Origin: Kondoa subrosea
Lineage: Eukaryota
Assembly: GCA_039545335.1 (NCBI GenBank)
Contig: BCIN01000008.1
Span: 1 to 64,000 of the forward strand
DNA length: 64,000 nt
Direction of reading: 5' to 3'
Shown: positions 1 to 12,400 of the stretch, one piece after another
Layout: every line of letters begins with the position of its first letter
Position numbering within the stretch: the stretch's first letter is position 1
The notes under the pieces: model-generated
The model's database searches: none
Seen by the model: the letters and a program-made list of their open reading frames with translations, nothing else
Told to the model about the DNA's origin: nothing
Made by a program: the position numbers and the translations under genes

Positions 1-851
1 TTACCAACTTTGACAAGCATCGAAGATGATTTGACAACAGGTGATGCCACAGATATAGGGGGAACTCGATCTTCCATTCTAGGTGAGCATCGATAGAGCT
101 GATCCATGTCTTTTGCAGCTGGATATTCATCCATGTCCAAAGTGAAGACAGTGCAGACCGAAGTATTTGGACCTTGGTAGAAGCTGACAGAAGAGTTGGA
201 TGAGCTCGATGAAGAGGAGAAGGTATCCGAGCTCGACTCTTTGCGTTGAAGAATTGAGCGAGAAGGTTGTTTGGCAAGCCAAAGGAATTGTTCTGAGCTT
301 TCATTGATTGAGCTAGAAGGTGAAGCCTGTACGCTGTATCTGTCTGACAACTAGGAGATGGGAATCAGACTGGAAGTTTGAGGGATAAAAGGAGAGACAT
401 ACGTCAGAAGAACAGGTTTCGCTTTGAGGAGTTGCTGGCTGCTCCAAACTGAAGGAGGACTCGTTCTGAAAAGAGAAATATCAGCTAGGAACTGCAGAAG
501 GAAAGAGGAAAAACTTACGCCTAGCATATACAGGTCCTTTGCTACAGCTGTATTTCTCTTTAACGTGACGGCCATCTCTAAAGTGATAGTTTGTGATGAG
601 AAGAGAAGAGGGATAACCAAGAAACGGCGCACTTTTGTGCTTCAAAATTGCCACGCATTTTATGCAGATTAGCAACTGGTCGAGACTGAAGTTGCAATTG
701 CAAGAGGCTTGGATGTTTTGGATAGGAACAGGGGGGATCGCGACATATGTAAGGAGTAGTGATAGAGAGGTATACAAAGCGTAGGAGACGAGACACTACT
801 TACGGCACAGAAGTACTTGCAAGAAACCTTAACGAGACTATTGAACGTCAT
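1..851 (-). CDS. Hypothetical Ser-rich protein, 5' part (continues beyond window start)
   Basis: ATG at 851. GT-AG introns with a 7-nt microexon (633-639) give the continuous frame MTFNSLVKVSCKYFCA-HKKMAVTLKRNTAVAKDLYMLG-NESSFSLEQP..., open to position 1. Confidence 0.5.
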
Positions 852-1353
852 GATAACAGCGAAAGGACGTGTATCAAGGATTCAATATGTAAAACCTCGG
901 CGTGCTGCATCAGAAGCATATCTCCTTAGTTGCCGTCTATCCTTGCGCTCGACAGGCTCAGATTTGGCACGCGACCGAAAGCATCGCGAAATTGACTAAC
1001 TCCAGCAGACAGAAGCGCTGAGGTAGAAGACAGGAATCAGCAGCAGATAGGAGAGCCCTGGTGCAGTCCTGTGCAGTAGAGCAATGTGAGAGCAGATTAA
1101 AGTTGCCAGAGTAGAAATCGTGTACGGTTTCCAAGCAGAGAGTAATGGGAAACTCGAGCCCTACTTGAATAGTTGCAAGGCATGGTCGGCCTACACTAGG
1201 ATGGATTGGGGGCCAATGAAGTTGCGAGCAGACGTTCTTGCTCGCTCGAGGTCAAGGGAGCTTTCGACCCGTTGCAGCGAAACGATAGCCAAAAGATAGC
1301 TCGTTACAGTCATACAGAGATCTGAAAGCCTGCAGCAAGCCGATACAAGCACT

Positions 1354-2518
1354 ATGTCCTATTCCGCCGTTCAGCCAGACCTGGTTTTCGACGCTGATCA
1401 GTCTGACACTGGGTTGCACTTTCAAGGTGAGCCCTGAGTATAGCTGCTTGTTTTTTGAGCTCAGACAATCTATGTAGACTTTAGCGGCAACACAGCAACC
1501 TCAGGCCGCCTGTCGCCAGCTCAGAATTTGTACGAGCCTGACCGGGACATGTTAGCAACTATCAGCTGGACCTGGAGCACAGCTGAAAGTATATATACAG
1601 ACAGCGACAAGTAGGAGGAAGTGCTGGCCTGTTCTCTGTCGAATATTACACGAAGTACTTTGATGTCGACACGAAACTTGTGTTGGAACGCGCTTGGAGA
1701 ACAATGTATCCAAAGGAAGATTATGTTGTAGATGTACTGAACGGCGTGCCAGATCTATACGGTCAGTCTATCGACATTCAGTGCAACTCAATCTGAAAGA
1801 GGAGTAATACAGGCCCTTTCTGGTTTCCTACAACACTCATACTAGCTCTCTTCTTATCCTCGTCGCTATCTTCTTCCATTACTGCCTACCTCTCTGGTCT
1901 CCCGTATGCGTACGACTTCACTAGACTATCGGTTGCTGTGTCTATAATGTAAGTAGGGCTGGTCCATCGGTAGGATTTAAGCTTAACTACGGCCGCTCAG
2001 CTACTCCTATGCCTTTGGGATACCTGCAGCATTATGGGCAGTAATGAGATATTGGGCAAAAGTAGATAGCCGGTCAGTGGTCGATATCATTTCGTTGTAT
2101 GGATATGGGCTAGTGATTTGGATTCCTGTCGCTGTAGGTTCAACTTTTGCCATGACCAGAGCGCGTTCTTACTCTATGCTTCAAAGTTCTTGACGATCCC
2201 ACCTATTGCTGTCATGCGCTTAGTCTTCACGGCTTTGGCTTATGCGCTTTCCGGCTACTTTCTACTGAAAAAGTAAGCTTCGACTGCCTGTATTTGTTCG
2301 CTCCACTCAATCTGCAATGTAGCATCTATCCACTTCTCTCGGCAGCACCATCGCAAGCAGCCAGAGGGCTGATACTAGCCGTCGGCATTCTTCATACAGC
2401 TTTGGTCATCGCATTGTGGATATGCTTCTTCAGCGTTTCAGGCGGACCCAGCAAGGTTGGACCCTCTATACCAGGTCTACCACTACCGAGCGGAACTACA
2501 GGGGAAGGGGATATCTGA
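1354..2518 (+). CDS. Yip1-domain Golgi membrane protein (YIPF1/YIPF2/Yip5-like)
   Basis: Spliced translation contains YYTKYFDVDT and PDLYGPFWFPTTL followed by several hydrophobic helices, diagnostic of the YIPF1/2 group. Confidence 0.9.
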
Positions 2519-2547
2519 TACAATAACAATAGAATTGGACTAAACGA

Positions 2548-4026
2548 TTATTGCCCAATTTTCTTGACATTCCGAAGAATATCAGTCCTGTCATTCCTTC
2601 TCCAGAAATCCAAAATCAGAGCTGCCAGTCTGCCAGGTGCATCTTCATGCAAACAATGCCCCACATCTTGAAAAACGGTCATTTGATATTTGCCTTGCAT
2701 TTGCCCAATAGTCAATTCCGTATCCAGTCGATCTGTTCCTGCTAAAACTAAGAGTTTTGCTGTTCGAGCCGAGAGGAACTTCTTCGATAAATTGGCATAC
2801 CAACCTAATCCGCCAAAGTAAGAAAAAGGATCGGTGTGCATATTGGAAACATGTCTCACCTGCCCAAAATGGTTCAGTAGCCGAGAGATTGGTCCGCCAT
2901 TCGAATGCTTCGGGTTGAGAGGAAGAAGGTTTGAGAAGAGGAGGTACTGAAACTCGGGCGGAATCGATGTTGTGTAAGGTTTTTGATGAAACGCTATATA
3001 GAGAATCAGGAGGTTTCATGAAGATGCTGCAATGCAGCTCACTGCCATGCAATGGATTCTTCTACTGAGCTGAATGCTTTCGGTCGTGAGCTAATCAAGC
3101 CAGTCATTGCCGACAGTGCTTCCATTGCTGAGCCTATTGAAAGAGATGAGCTTCGGCAAAAGCTATATTTACTGAATGACCTTCTACGATGTCGAGTACC
3201 ACCAAACCAAGTACATCTGCTACTTCATCTTGTATTTGATTGCATGCATGGACCACCACAGCTCCGCCCTATGCATAGTTAGGTTGATCTTGAGAAATTG
3301 TGTAAGATGTATACCATGCTATGACCAATCAAAACGAGCTTCGGAGCTTTCGTTCGATCCGGAAACATCTCCTTCAAGATGTTCTTGAGATCACTAGCTA
3401 GTGTTTCCAATGACATATCCATCTCATTCTCGACCTCAGATTTGCCTTAAAAGTCATCATCGAAATATATCACTTTGCATTAGTAGATGACGAACCATGA
3501 CCTCTCGCATCTAGAGCAAGAATACCTAATCCTTTCGTCTCGGATGATCGCAACACTTCTGCAAATCGAGCGAATGAGAGACCAGAGTAGCCAGCTCCAT
3601 GATGACAGACGAAAACGGTGCCATGAGGATCTTCAGTGTTTCGAGTTGTACTTGGAGCGGAATAGTAGACTCGGAAAGTAGAACCAGGTGAAGAGGACAC
3701 CGAGAGAGCTTCATCGAAGAAAGAAGATCCGCTGGAGCAAGAATTATGTATCTGCCTGTCATTACAGTGACAAGTTTCCTATTATGGTACATACCTGATT
3801 GCGGTATATGGGGGTCTGCTTGTAGAAGGCCTGAAGCTATGACACTTTAGATTGATCTCACTCGATTACGTAAGACACACCTCTGAGAAGAAGAAGAAGG
3901 GAAAGAAAGCGTGCCTAATGTATCTTGTAGCTCCTCTTCATCATCCTCACTCGGCAACGTAGGCGGCACTAGAGGTAGCTTGCCCAACTTGCCTCGTAAG
4001 AATTCTTTAGGGTCGAGGTTGTCCAT
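2548..4026 (-). CDS. PPE1: Protein phosphatase methylesterase 1 (alpha/beta hydrolase)
   Basis: Motifs CHHGAGYSGLSF, LDARGHG, WRTNL, KLLVLAGTDRLDTELTIGQMQGKYQ and GHCLHEDAP. Confidence 0.93.
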
Positions 4027-4251
4027 CGCCAGGTCCCGAGGTTGCCAGTGTAGGAGCAAGTCTCGAAGGATACGAAGCGGAAGGGAAAGGCTCGTCCACT
4101 GAAGGATTCAAGCGCTGCAACACTCGACTGCAACTTGTGCAAGTGTCGGGCTTGTGTTATTCTAACTTCCTGCGTAGTATCTGCAGACTGCAATGCGAAT
4201 ACGGAGGGAGAAGACACAGCAATAACAGGACAAGCGCACCAGTCGGAGAAG

Positions 4252-5794
4252 ATGGGAGTTAAGGGAATGACGGAGCTGATCAAGCGGTTTGCTGCAGAAG
4301 CAGTCAAGCCTTTGCAACTCGAATCATACAAAGGCAAAGCATTGGCCATCGATGGCAATCTTCTCATGCAACGCTTTCATCATGGTACGACAGACAAGCC
4401 TGTTCAGTTGCTTTGGTATCGCTTCCTGAAGAATCTCAAAGAGCAAGACATTACGCCTGTTTGTGTTTTCGACGGAGCTGTAAGGCATCCAGCGAAGAAG
4501 AATGAATTACTCAAACGTCAAGCTGCCAGAGCTCTGGCTTATGATCGAGCACATATAGAGGTCCAAAGGTCGAATCGCTTGCTTGAACTACAAAGTCTTC
4601 TGACTCAGTACCGAGGATCTGTTCCCCTTCCCCCTGCTCCTTCTGGTTCTACATCTCCTCAACCTTCTCTTCCTGTTGATCCTCAACAGCATATCAGTAC
4701 AGAACAGCTCTTTGCTATAGAAGAAATGTTACCATCGCCGTCACCTGTTGCCATTGCTGTACCTTCAGAGAAGCCAGAAGAAGCCTTAGAAAAACTAGTA
4801 GAAGGCATTACTCAGCTCTCAGCGAAAAGCGACGCCTTGGAAATCCCATCTCAGCCAACACCTAATCAAAAACGCCTAGAAGAACTTGAGAGCGAAGTCT
4901 ATGAACGCATTGAAGCATCTCAAGGATCGGAGCCTGCTTTGATGGAGATCTCGGACCGAGTAGAGCAATTGCAGACCAGTAGTCACAATTTGGCCAACAC
5001 GTACACTTTTAGATCAGCTCCCATTCCGAAGCAGAACTATGATAAAGTGATGGTACGTCTGGCGAAGTACTCTGATTTATCGTCAGCTTAGTTCTGTCTT
5101 GGCTCGTACAGCGACTGATCCGCGCTATGGGCATACCTTGCATGGAAACACCAGATGAAGCACCAACCGAAGCAGAAGCAACAGCATCAAGTCTTGTACA
5201 ATTTGGAATAGTGGATGCAGTCATTTCCGAAGATTCCGATGTTCTGCTTTATGATGTTCCTATGATTCGTCATGTCACTGGATTCAAGATAGCTCCTACT
5301 GTGATTGATGGCAAAGAAGTGAGGCAGCTGATGGGATTCACAAGGGAACAGTTTGTTGATTTGGCTATCCTAAGTGGGACAGACTTTTGCGAAACCATAC
5401 CAAAGTGAGAGCTTGTTAAAGTTCGCTTAGTCAGAAGCTGATAGATATGTAGACTTGGACCAATCACTGCTCACAAGTTATTGCAAAAGTACTCGAGCAT
5501 CGAAGAGATCCATGCAAACGAAAGCGGATACACCTTCCCCGACGATTATTTACAGCAAGTACAATTAGCGAGACAAGTCTTCTTGGAACCACCTGAACCA
5601 CCTTCAGACTTTGATGCTTTCAAGCTGCAAGGGCAATCTGCTGATTTCATGGAAGTGATGTGAGTCGCGTATGCCTTTTGTAACAATCAACGTCGATCAG
5701 TACTTCGCGCAGGAAAGATCTCGGTCTGGAATCAGAGTTGCATCAGAACGTACCGCTGAACGCATTCGGACAGCCGATGGCTGCCTTTGCATAA
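4252..5794 (+). CDS. FEN1/XPG-family (PIN-like) 5' nuclease, FEN1-like paralogue
   Basis: XPG-N region MGVKGMTELI...LAIDGNL...VFDG; XPG-I region EAEATAS...SEDSDVLLY; H2TH region DLAILSGTDF; three introns. Confidence 0.88.
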
Positions 5795-5867
5795 TGTGAG
5801 CCAGCAATTGTATCATCGGGATGTTGGGCTTGTACTCGAACCATGTTGTAACCATTTTAACACCTTT

Positions 5868-7133
5868 ATGACCTATCGCTGCATCTTTTTAGGCTCAGAT
5901 GCTTTCAGCTGTCATGTTTTGAGAGCACTCCACTCAGCTAAACCGGGCAAGCGTTATCGAGATTTACTTCAACTTGTCTGATCTGGCCAATGTAGAGCTG
6001 TGCTCGTCCTTATCTGTCATCACACCACCGCCTGCTCGTACTGGAAGAGGACTGAAGAAGCTAGCACAACGTACAAATTGCGTCTTTACTCGAATGTAGC
6101 AATTCTGAATTTCGCAAATAGCTCCCTTGTCTACTCTGGCTTCTGAGTTATCTCTGCCCGTTTCCTATCTCAACTCTGAATCATTGCAGACCTGGACTGT
6201 CCGTTTCTCTCAGTGACTATGCATCAGGTCTGAGCTGATCTTCTGCCGGGGGATTTATTTCGTAGCCGCCTACAATTGACATACTCATCACCGCTTCATT
6301 CGGCTATCTTCTACCTACTCGTGTCATCGAATATTTCCCGCCGCTTCAAGCACTCAATTTACATCCATCCTTGTTACCGAAATATCGCGGTGCCGCGCCA
6401 ATACAATGGGCTATAGCTAATGGCGATAACGAGACTGGTGTCACGCTCCAGGAATTGAGTAAAGGTGCTTTTGACCGGGGCCGGATCCTAAAGCAGAAGA
6501 AGATGGTATTTTCCAGGCTAGCTCAAACTCACATCACTGATAGACGCTTCTGGGTATGCAGTATTTGGCATCTGATATCTCATACCGAGATGCAGAAGCT
6601 GTACTAGGTATCGAGAGCGGCAAGATGCTAGTCGAAGTCTTGTCGGAGTTTGATCGTCACAAGGTCTAGTCCGCTCCACTGGCAGTCACGCAAGGCTGAT
6701 ATACAAACAGGCTTCCGCCTTCCCGCAAACAGGAAAAGCTACCAAGGCACCCAAAATAATAAATGAACAGTCCCGGATAAGCTGGAGCACGTCATCTGCT
6801 CGAAAACTGTGTAATTGGAGTCGAGCTTTTGGTCATCAGGTAAGATCATCAGTGCAACAGAATAGTCAGCTATCGCTCATGTCACAACAGCATCCTCTCT
6901 GGACCACAATTGACGGCCGAAGAGTTCAATTACATAATATTACCTGTGTCGAAGAACAAGAAGAGCACGCGCACACTGGACTTGCGCACCTGCATGGTGA
7001 CGGAGTGCGTATACAGTGCAAGATTGGCACGCTTTGCTGCAGCAGCATGAAGCCCGAAGGAGGCCGACAGATGCAGGCGAAAGATGCTTGGAACGGATTA
7101 GCCAAAGGCGAACATAGTATACAATTCGAATGA
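5868..7133 (+). CDS. FMT1: Methionyl-tRNA formyltransferase
   Basis: IFLGSDAFS, TASFG, NLHPSLLPKYRGAAPIQWAI and ETGVT motifs. The first intron appears to be GC-AG (5947-5995). Confidence 0.9.
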
Positions 7134-7164
7134 ACAGATCGATAAATAGGTCAGAGCCGACTCG

Positions 7165-9242
7165 TTACTTCTTGCCACTTGTTTTGGCTATCCTCCGCTT
7201 CTTCTCGCCCTTCTTCATTTTTGTCTTCCGCTTTTCAGCTTTGCTGTCTTTCATTTCTTGTTTCCTGGCTTTCTTGTCATCCTTGTCTTCAAATTTCTTC
7301 CCCTTTGGCTTCTTATCGAAACGACTCCCTTCATCGTCACTTTCGTCCGAGCTATCCTCGTCCGATGAAGCATCGCTGCTCTGCACGTCCACTGCAGCGG
7401 ATAAAGGACTCGCTTCAACTTTTGCTTCTCGATTTGGTGCAAGCCCAGTGGTAGAAGCATAGATCAAGTCTTTGCCTTCTCCAGAAAGAACCTTTTCCAC
7501 GTCTCTTTCCGCATCATACACTTCAATCAATTGTCTAGGTATGTAACTTTGCGCAAAGACTGCATCGTCTTGTTTCTGATCTACAGCTGATCCATCTTCT
7601 TGTTGCGCTTGAGGTAGAGCAAGCAGTCGTTCAACTTCTTTTGCTATTACTTCAGTCGTTTCACCGCCATCTGTGCCCCATGCAGTAGTGATGATATCGA
7701 AAGTCGCTCGAACGCCTAGAGTAGGTACATTACGCCGACTGAAGAATTCATCGATGTTCTTGATGTCGGATCGAAGGAAGTCAAAGGCATGAGGATGATC
7801 TTGTTCTACCGATTGCGAAACATCGATGACCCATAAGTGGCCTTGATGGTATCTGAGCTTGAATGTGAGCAGAAGACCAAAGTAGAGACAATTCGTGGAA
7901 CGAACAGGATATTGTATTCACTCAAATCTGCGTGAACTAGACGACATGTCTTGAATATCGTTCGCATCATTGTCAGTGCTTCAATGTAAAGATCTTGTAT
8001 TTGGTTCTCCATGAGTTGAGCGTCTTTCAGCCGCGGTGCTGCTCTGTACCATTTATTAGATATGTCTACTCAGCGAGAACAAGTCCACTCACTCCCAGGT
8101 ATTGCCTCCTTCGCCCAAGAAGCTCATGACAAGAACATTATTCCGCACTTCTATCGGATCTGGACATCTCAATCCAGCAGCGTGCAACCGCCTCAGATTT
8201 CTCAACTCCTTTTCAGCCCATAATCGAACCATCTTTCTAGGATTCGACCTCGAATACCCGCCCTTGAATCGATATTCACCAGTAACATAACGATCGCGAT
8301 CTTTGAAAGTCAAAATAGAGGTTTTGTAAATCTTGATTGCCAGGTGAGGAGGAAGAACGGTCACTGGATTTGAAGCCGCTATAGAAGATTGTTGATCTGA
8401 TGATGCCGCCATTTGCATATCACCAGACATAGCGTGATAAACATTGGCCTAAATTCGGTCAGTAATGAATTTTTACAAGATACAATAGTTGTTCACCTCC
8501 TTGCCTGTGCTAACACAACCTTCGACTTTGCTCAGCAGTCCTCTTCCAATCATCTTGAACAGTACTAATCGAGTTCGAGGGTCCAAAACTTGTTCATTTG
8601 TGGCTCGGTCTGATTTATCTTTGTTCAATGACCGTTCGTTACCACCTTTCCTTGTAGCAGCAGATCCCATTGTAGAAGTAGCACCAGCTGATGCAAACAG
8701 AGGGGAAAGATTTACTTGAGCAGCATAACGTTGTTGAAGTGTAGAAAGGGAAGAATCAATCTTGGACAGATGAGTACCAGCTGGTGTATTTGCTGATACA
8801 GCTTGTGTCTTTACAGGTGCTATTCGAGCAGGTCGATTTGAAGCTGGAAGCATAACTCCCGAAGTATTTCCCTCTTGCTGCATATCAATGACGGCTGTAG
8901 CGTGTGTTTTGAGTCGGTTGTATCTCTTCGTCAGATTAGAGCCGCCTGCATCTTCCCAATCCTGACCATTGACTGCATCCATTTCTCCTTCTTCCTTGAA
9001 AACACAATAGACATAAGACCATTGGCATTTTCAGTATGATCACAGCTGGAACTAACAGATAGAGAGTAATCATCTTCCTCGTCCTCGTCAGAATCGAAGT
9101 CATCGCTGTCGCCTAGCACAGAACTGTCTATGCGAGCGGTCAAGGGAGGAGCTACAGAAGGTAGTACAATAGAGGCAGGGATATGGAGAGTGCTAGGCTG
9201 AGCTTCGTAGATCTCTTCAGCGTCTTCGAACTGGTCTGCCAT
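7165..9242 (-). CDS. RIO1: RIO1 atypical Ser/Thr kinase
   Basis: [44 protein letters not shown] and [12 protein letters not shown] motifs; Lys-rich C-terminus. Confidence 0.96.
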
Positions 9243-9460
9243 GTCTGCAAGTGATTTGCAAAAACTAGGTTTCTCCAGTGGACTGAGCAGGGCGCTCGCT
9301 GGAACAGGAAGCTGAATGTATAGAGCGAATATCCACTGTCTTCAGGGGTATAGCGTCGATGGGGATCTAGACTGATGCTCGTCTATCAATGACCATGCAA
9401 AAAAATAATACATTGGCATAACACCTCGCGAATTAGCATAGTACAGACACCGATCATATC

Positions 9461-12400
9461 TTATCTTGGACCTCGAGGACCCGCTTGTTTGAAGAGCCCG
9501 CGTAGTCTGCTTTGCTCCTCGATCGGCGGAGGTGCTTGTTGTAGTCGACCACCTTCGGGGAATGGATTAAAGGTAGCAGCTTTGGGCGGTGCAGCAGCGT
9601 AGCCCTGATCTGGATGAGGAGCTGGCTGAGTCGGCGGCCCTGCGCCTGTTATGGCATTCAGCAGGCTGCCCAGATGATTTTCAGAAGTTGACATACCTCC
9701 TTGCTTGACTTTGAAGCTGAGTAGATCTGCTATTTCATGCTGTAGAGTAGCTTTCTGATTCCTGAGCGCTCCGACCTCATCGAGCATGCGTCGCGTCTAG
9801 AACCTGAGTTCAGCATGTCATTCTGAAGACAAGGCCTGACTAACCTCATTAGTCAGATTTTCTGTGTTAGAGCATTAGCTTCGCACTGTTCAGTCGACAA
9901 GAAGAACTGACTCCTAAACTCTCGAACTTGGGAATTCACTCCATCGCGAATTGATTCAAGTATCTTCTCACCATCTTCTGCGGAAGGACTCTTGACTTGC
10001 TCTTCCATCTCTTTCTCCTTGATAGCTTGTCCTTGATCATTACCTCAGCTCCAGATCAGTAAAGTGAAGAGCGATAATCTCACCCTCAGCGATCTTTTTC
10101 AATAAGGTATCCTGTTCCACACTCTTTGCTTTGAGGATATTGATCAATTCATCAATCTTTTCTTCCTTCTGCTTATGGAACAAATCTTCGGTCTTTTGAT
10201 CTAGTTCTTTAGTCTTATCTTCTTGAGGTGAAGCTCTAGCCAGCAATTCCTCAAAGCGTGCTTCTTTTGCTCGCTGACGTTCAGCTTCCGATTCTTGATT
10301 TTGTTTCAGCTGATTCATGAAACCTTTCAAAGCTGCGAGAATACCACCTGATTCTGCTTGACCTTCTGCTGGAGGCGCCTCACCAGCTTGAGGTGGAAGG
10401 GGAGCAGTTTGGGAATGCGTAGCCATAGGCCGAGGACCGGAAGGATGAGGCAGACCTTGCGTATATGGATCTGGCGGGACTGGTTGATTGATGCCCAGAG
10501 ACTGCATCGCTTCAGAAACAGCTGGACGCTTGATCAAGATCGTTTCGATTTGATAGACTTATACACTTACAAGCATAACTCGGTTGAGCTGTATAATGAC
10601 TCTTGTTGGATGACTTTGATGGTCGTCTTGAGAGACTTCCGCCTAATACCTCTGATTTGCCCCATCTCTCTTCTCGATCTCCTTTGGCTTCTGGTCCTCC
10701 GAAACTAGAGGGATATACGTCAGCGCCAGCGCAGAGTAAATTCATGAACTTACAGTCTGACAGAAGCGAATTGAGCAGTATTGATCCGAGGTAGCGAGAT
10801 GCTGCGTTTCCTCAGTTGTTGCGGCTTACCAGGCGGGCGACCTCTCGATATCGACTGTTCGGCATCTTTTGGAGGTGCTGATTGCCGAACCTTACGCAAG
10901 GTAGCAACGCTACTGCCTTCAGACACCTTGCGATCCTTCTTCGACCCGCTCATAGATCTCCTGGTTCTGGTTGTAGCAAGCTTCTCGACTTGTGACTGTA
11001 ATGAGTTAACAGCTTGAGTAATCGCTTGCCAATCAGTTGTTCGAGCTGTTTGTTCAGACTTCAAGTAGGCATCAAAGCGTTGCAAGTATTCGCCAACTTG
11101 TTTCTGATATCCAGCATTCGCCTCGGTCGCTGATATTTCGTCAGCTCTGTTAGGCTGAAACATGTGATGAACTTACTTTTGCCTTGGTCTGCAATGCTCT
11201 GCATTATGCTTGCCAGAGTAGCATTGATCTGCTCCTTTGCGACTCATTAGTGGCGCAGGAGGATTCTGAATGTTACTCACTTGCGCGGGATCCGACTTGG
11301 GGGTAGACGGTTGAAACAAAGGTTGATCCGGGAAGCTCTGTCGAGGATGCATGTAAGACGAATCTGCTCACCGATCACGCTTTCAACATAACGTACATTT
11401 GGAAAGGATTGATGTCGTAGGGAAGTGTCGGAAGACTGGGCTTGGACAACAGTTGGACCTTCCACATGCTGTACTGAAGTCAAGAAATCGCCTTCTACCG
11501 AAGAAAGTAGGCTCACTACGGTGATCGGTCTTGAAGCATCATTCTGACCAGTCTAAAGGTCATCTGAGGGATGCGATCTGTACAATGAGGTACACTTACA
11601 GTTGCGGACCAACGACTTTGATCAGGTTTAGCAGAAACGCTCTCTAACCGCTGTCGAGTCAATTCACGCTCTCGAGCTATCGCGTCCTCGCTTCTAGGCG
11701 TCGTCTGTACCGAATTCGACGACTTCTGTTTCGTCGATCGATCAGGATCACGCCAGCTAGTCTTGAGATCTTACAGACCTGCTGTGGCCCTTCGATGCCC
11801 GCTTGCGGTGTTTCGCGTAGTTCTTCGATAGACGTTCGAGCGAATTTTCTTACTGGCTGCCGATATCTTTCGGGCGATTGTTCAGGAGAAGCAGCGGGAG
11901 AGCCATCTAAGCGACCCAGGACAGTGGTTAACAGATCTTCAATCCGATCCAGCGCAGCCGCTTTGAGCGCGGTCGAATCCTTATCAGGACTACTCGCTTC
12001 TTTGCTTTTGTTTGCGGGTGCATCAATGACAACACCTTCTTTACGTAGACTTTGTTCGATGGCACTGCTGACTTTATGCTGAGACTCCATGAGAATGTTG
12101 CAAAGGGAAAGCATATAGTCAACTGCAGGAGCGATGTATGAGCCTCGTCATGGAATGCGGCAGCAATTCTGGAAGCTTACCTTTGTCAGCGATCGAGGGC
12201 TCGTCTCGGACAGTGACGTCCGAATCGCTATCATGCTGACCTCGAAGACGCCCAGCAATGGAGACGAGCTGTTTTTGTATATCATCAATATGGTCCGTCA
12301 AGCGAGTCGATTTAGCGATGTATGTAGAATCTTGTCGCTCCATGCTTTTGAGTAGGCGTTGCATATCTCTTGCAACAGCTCGACCAGGCACGTATCCAGG

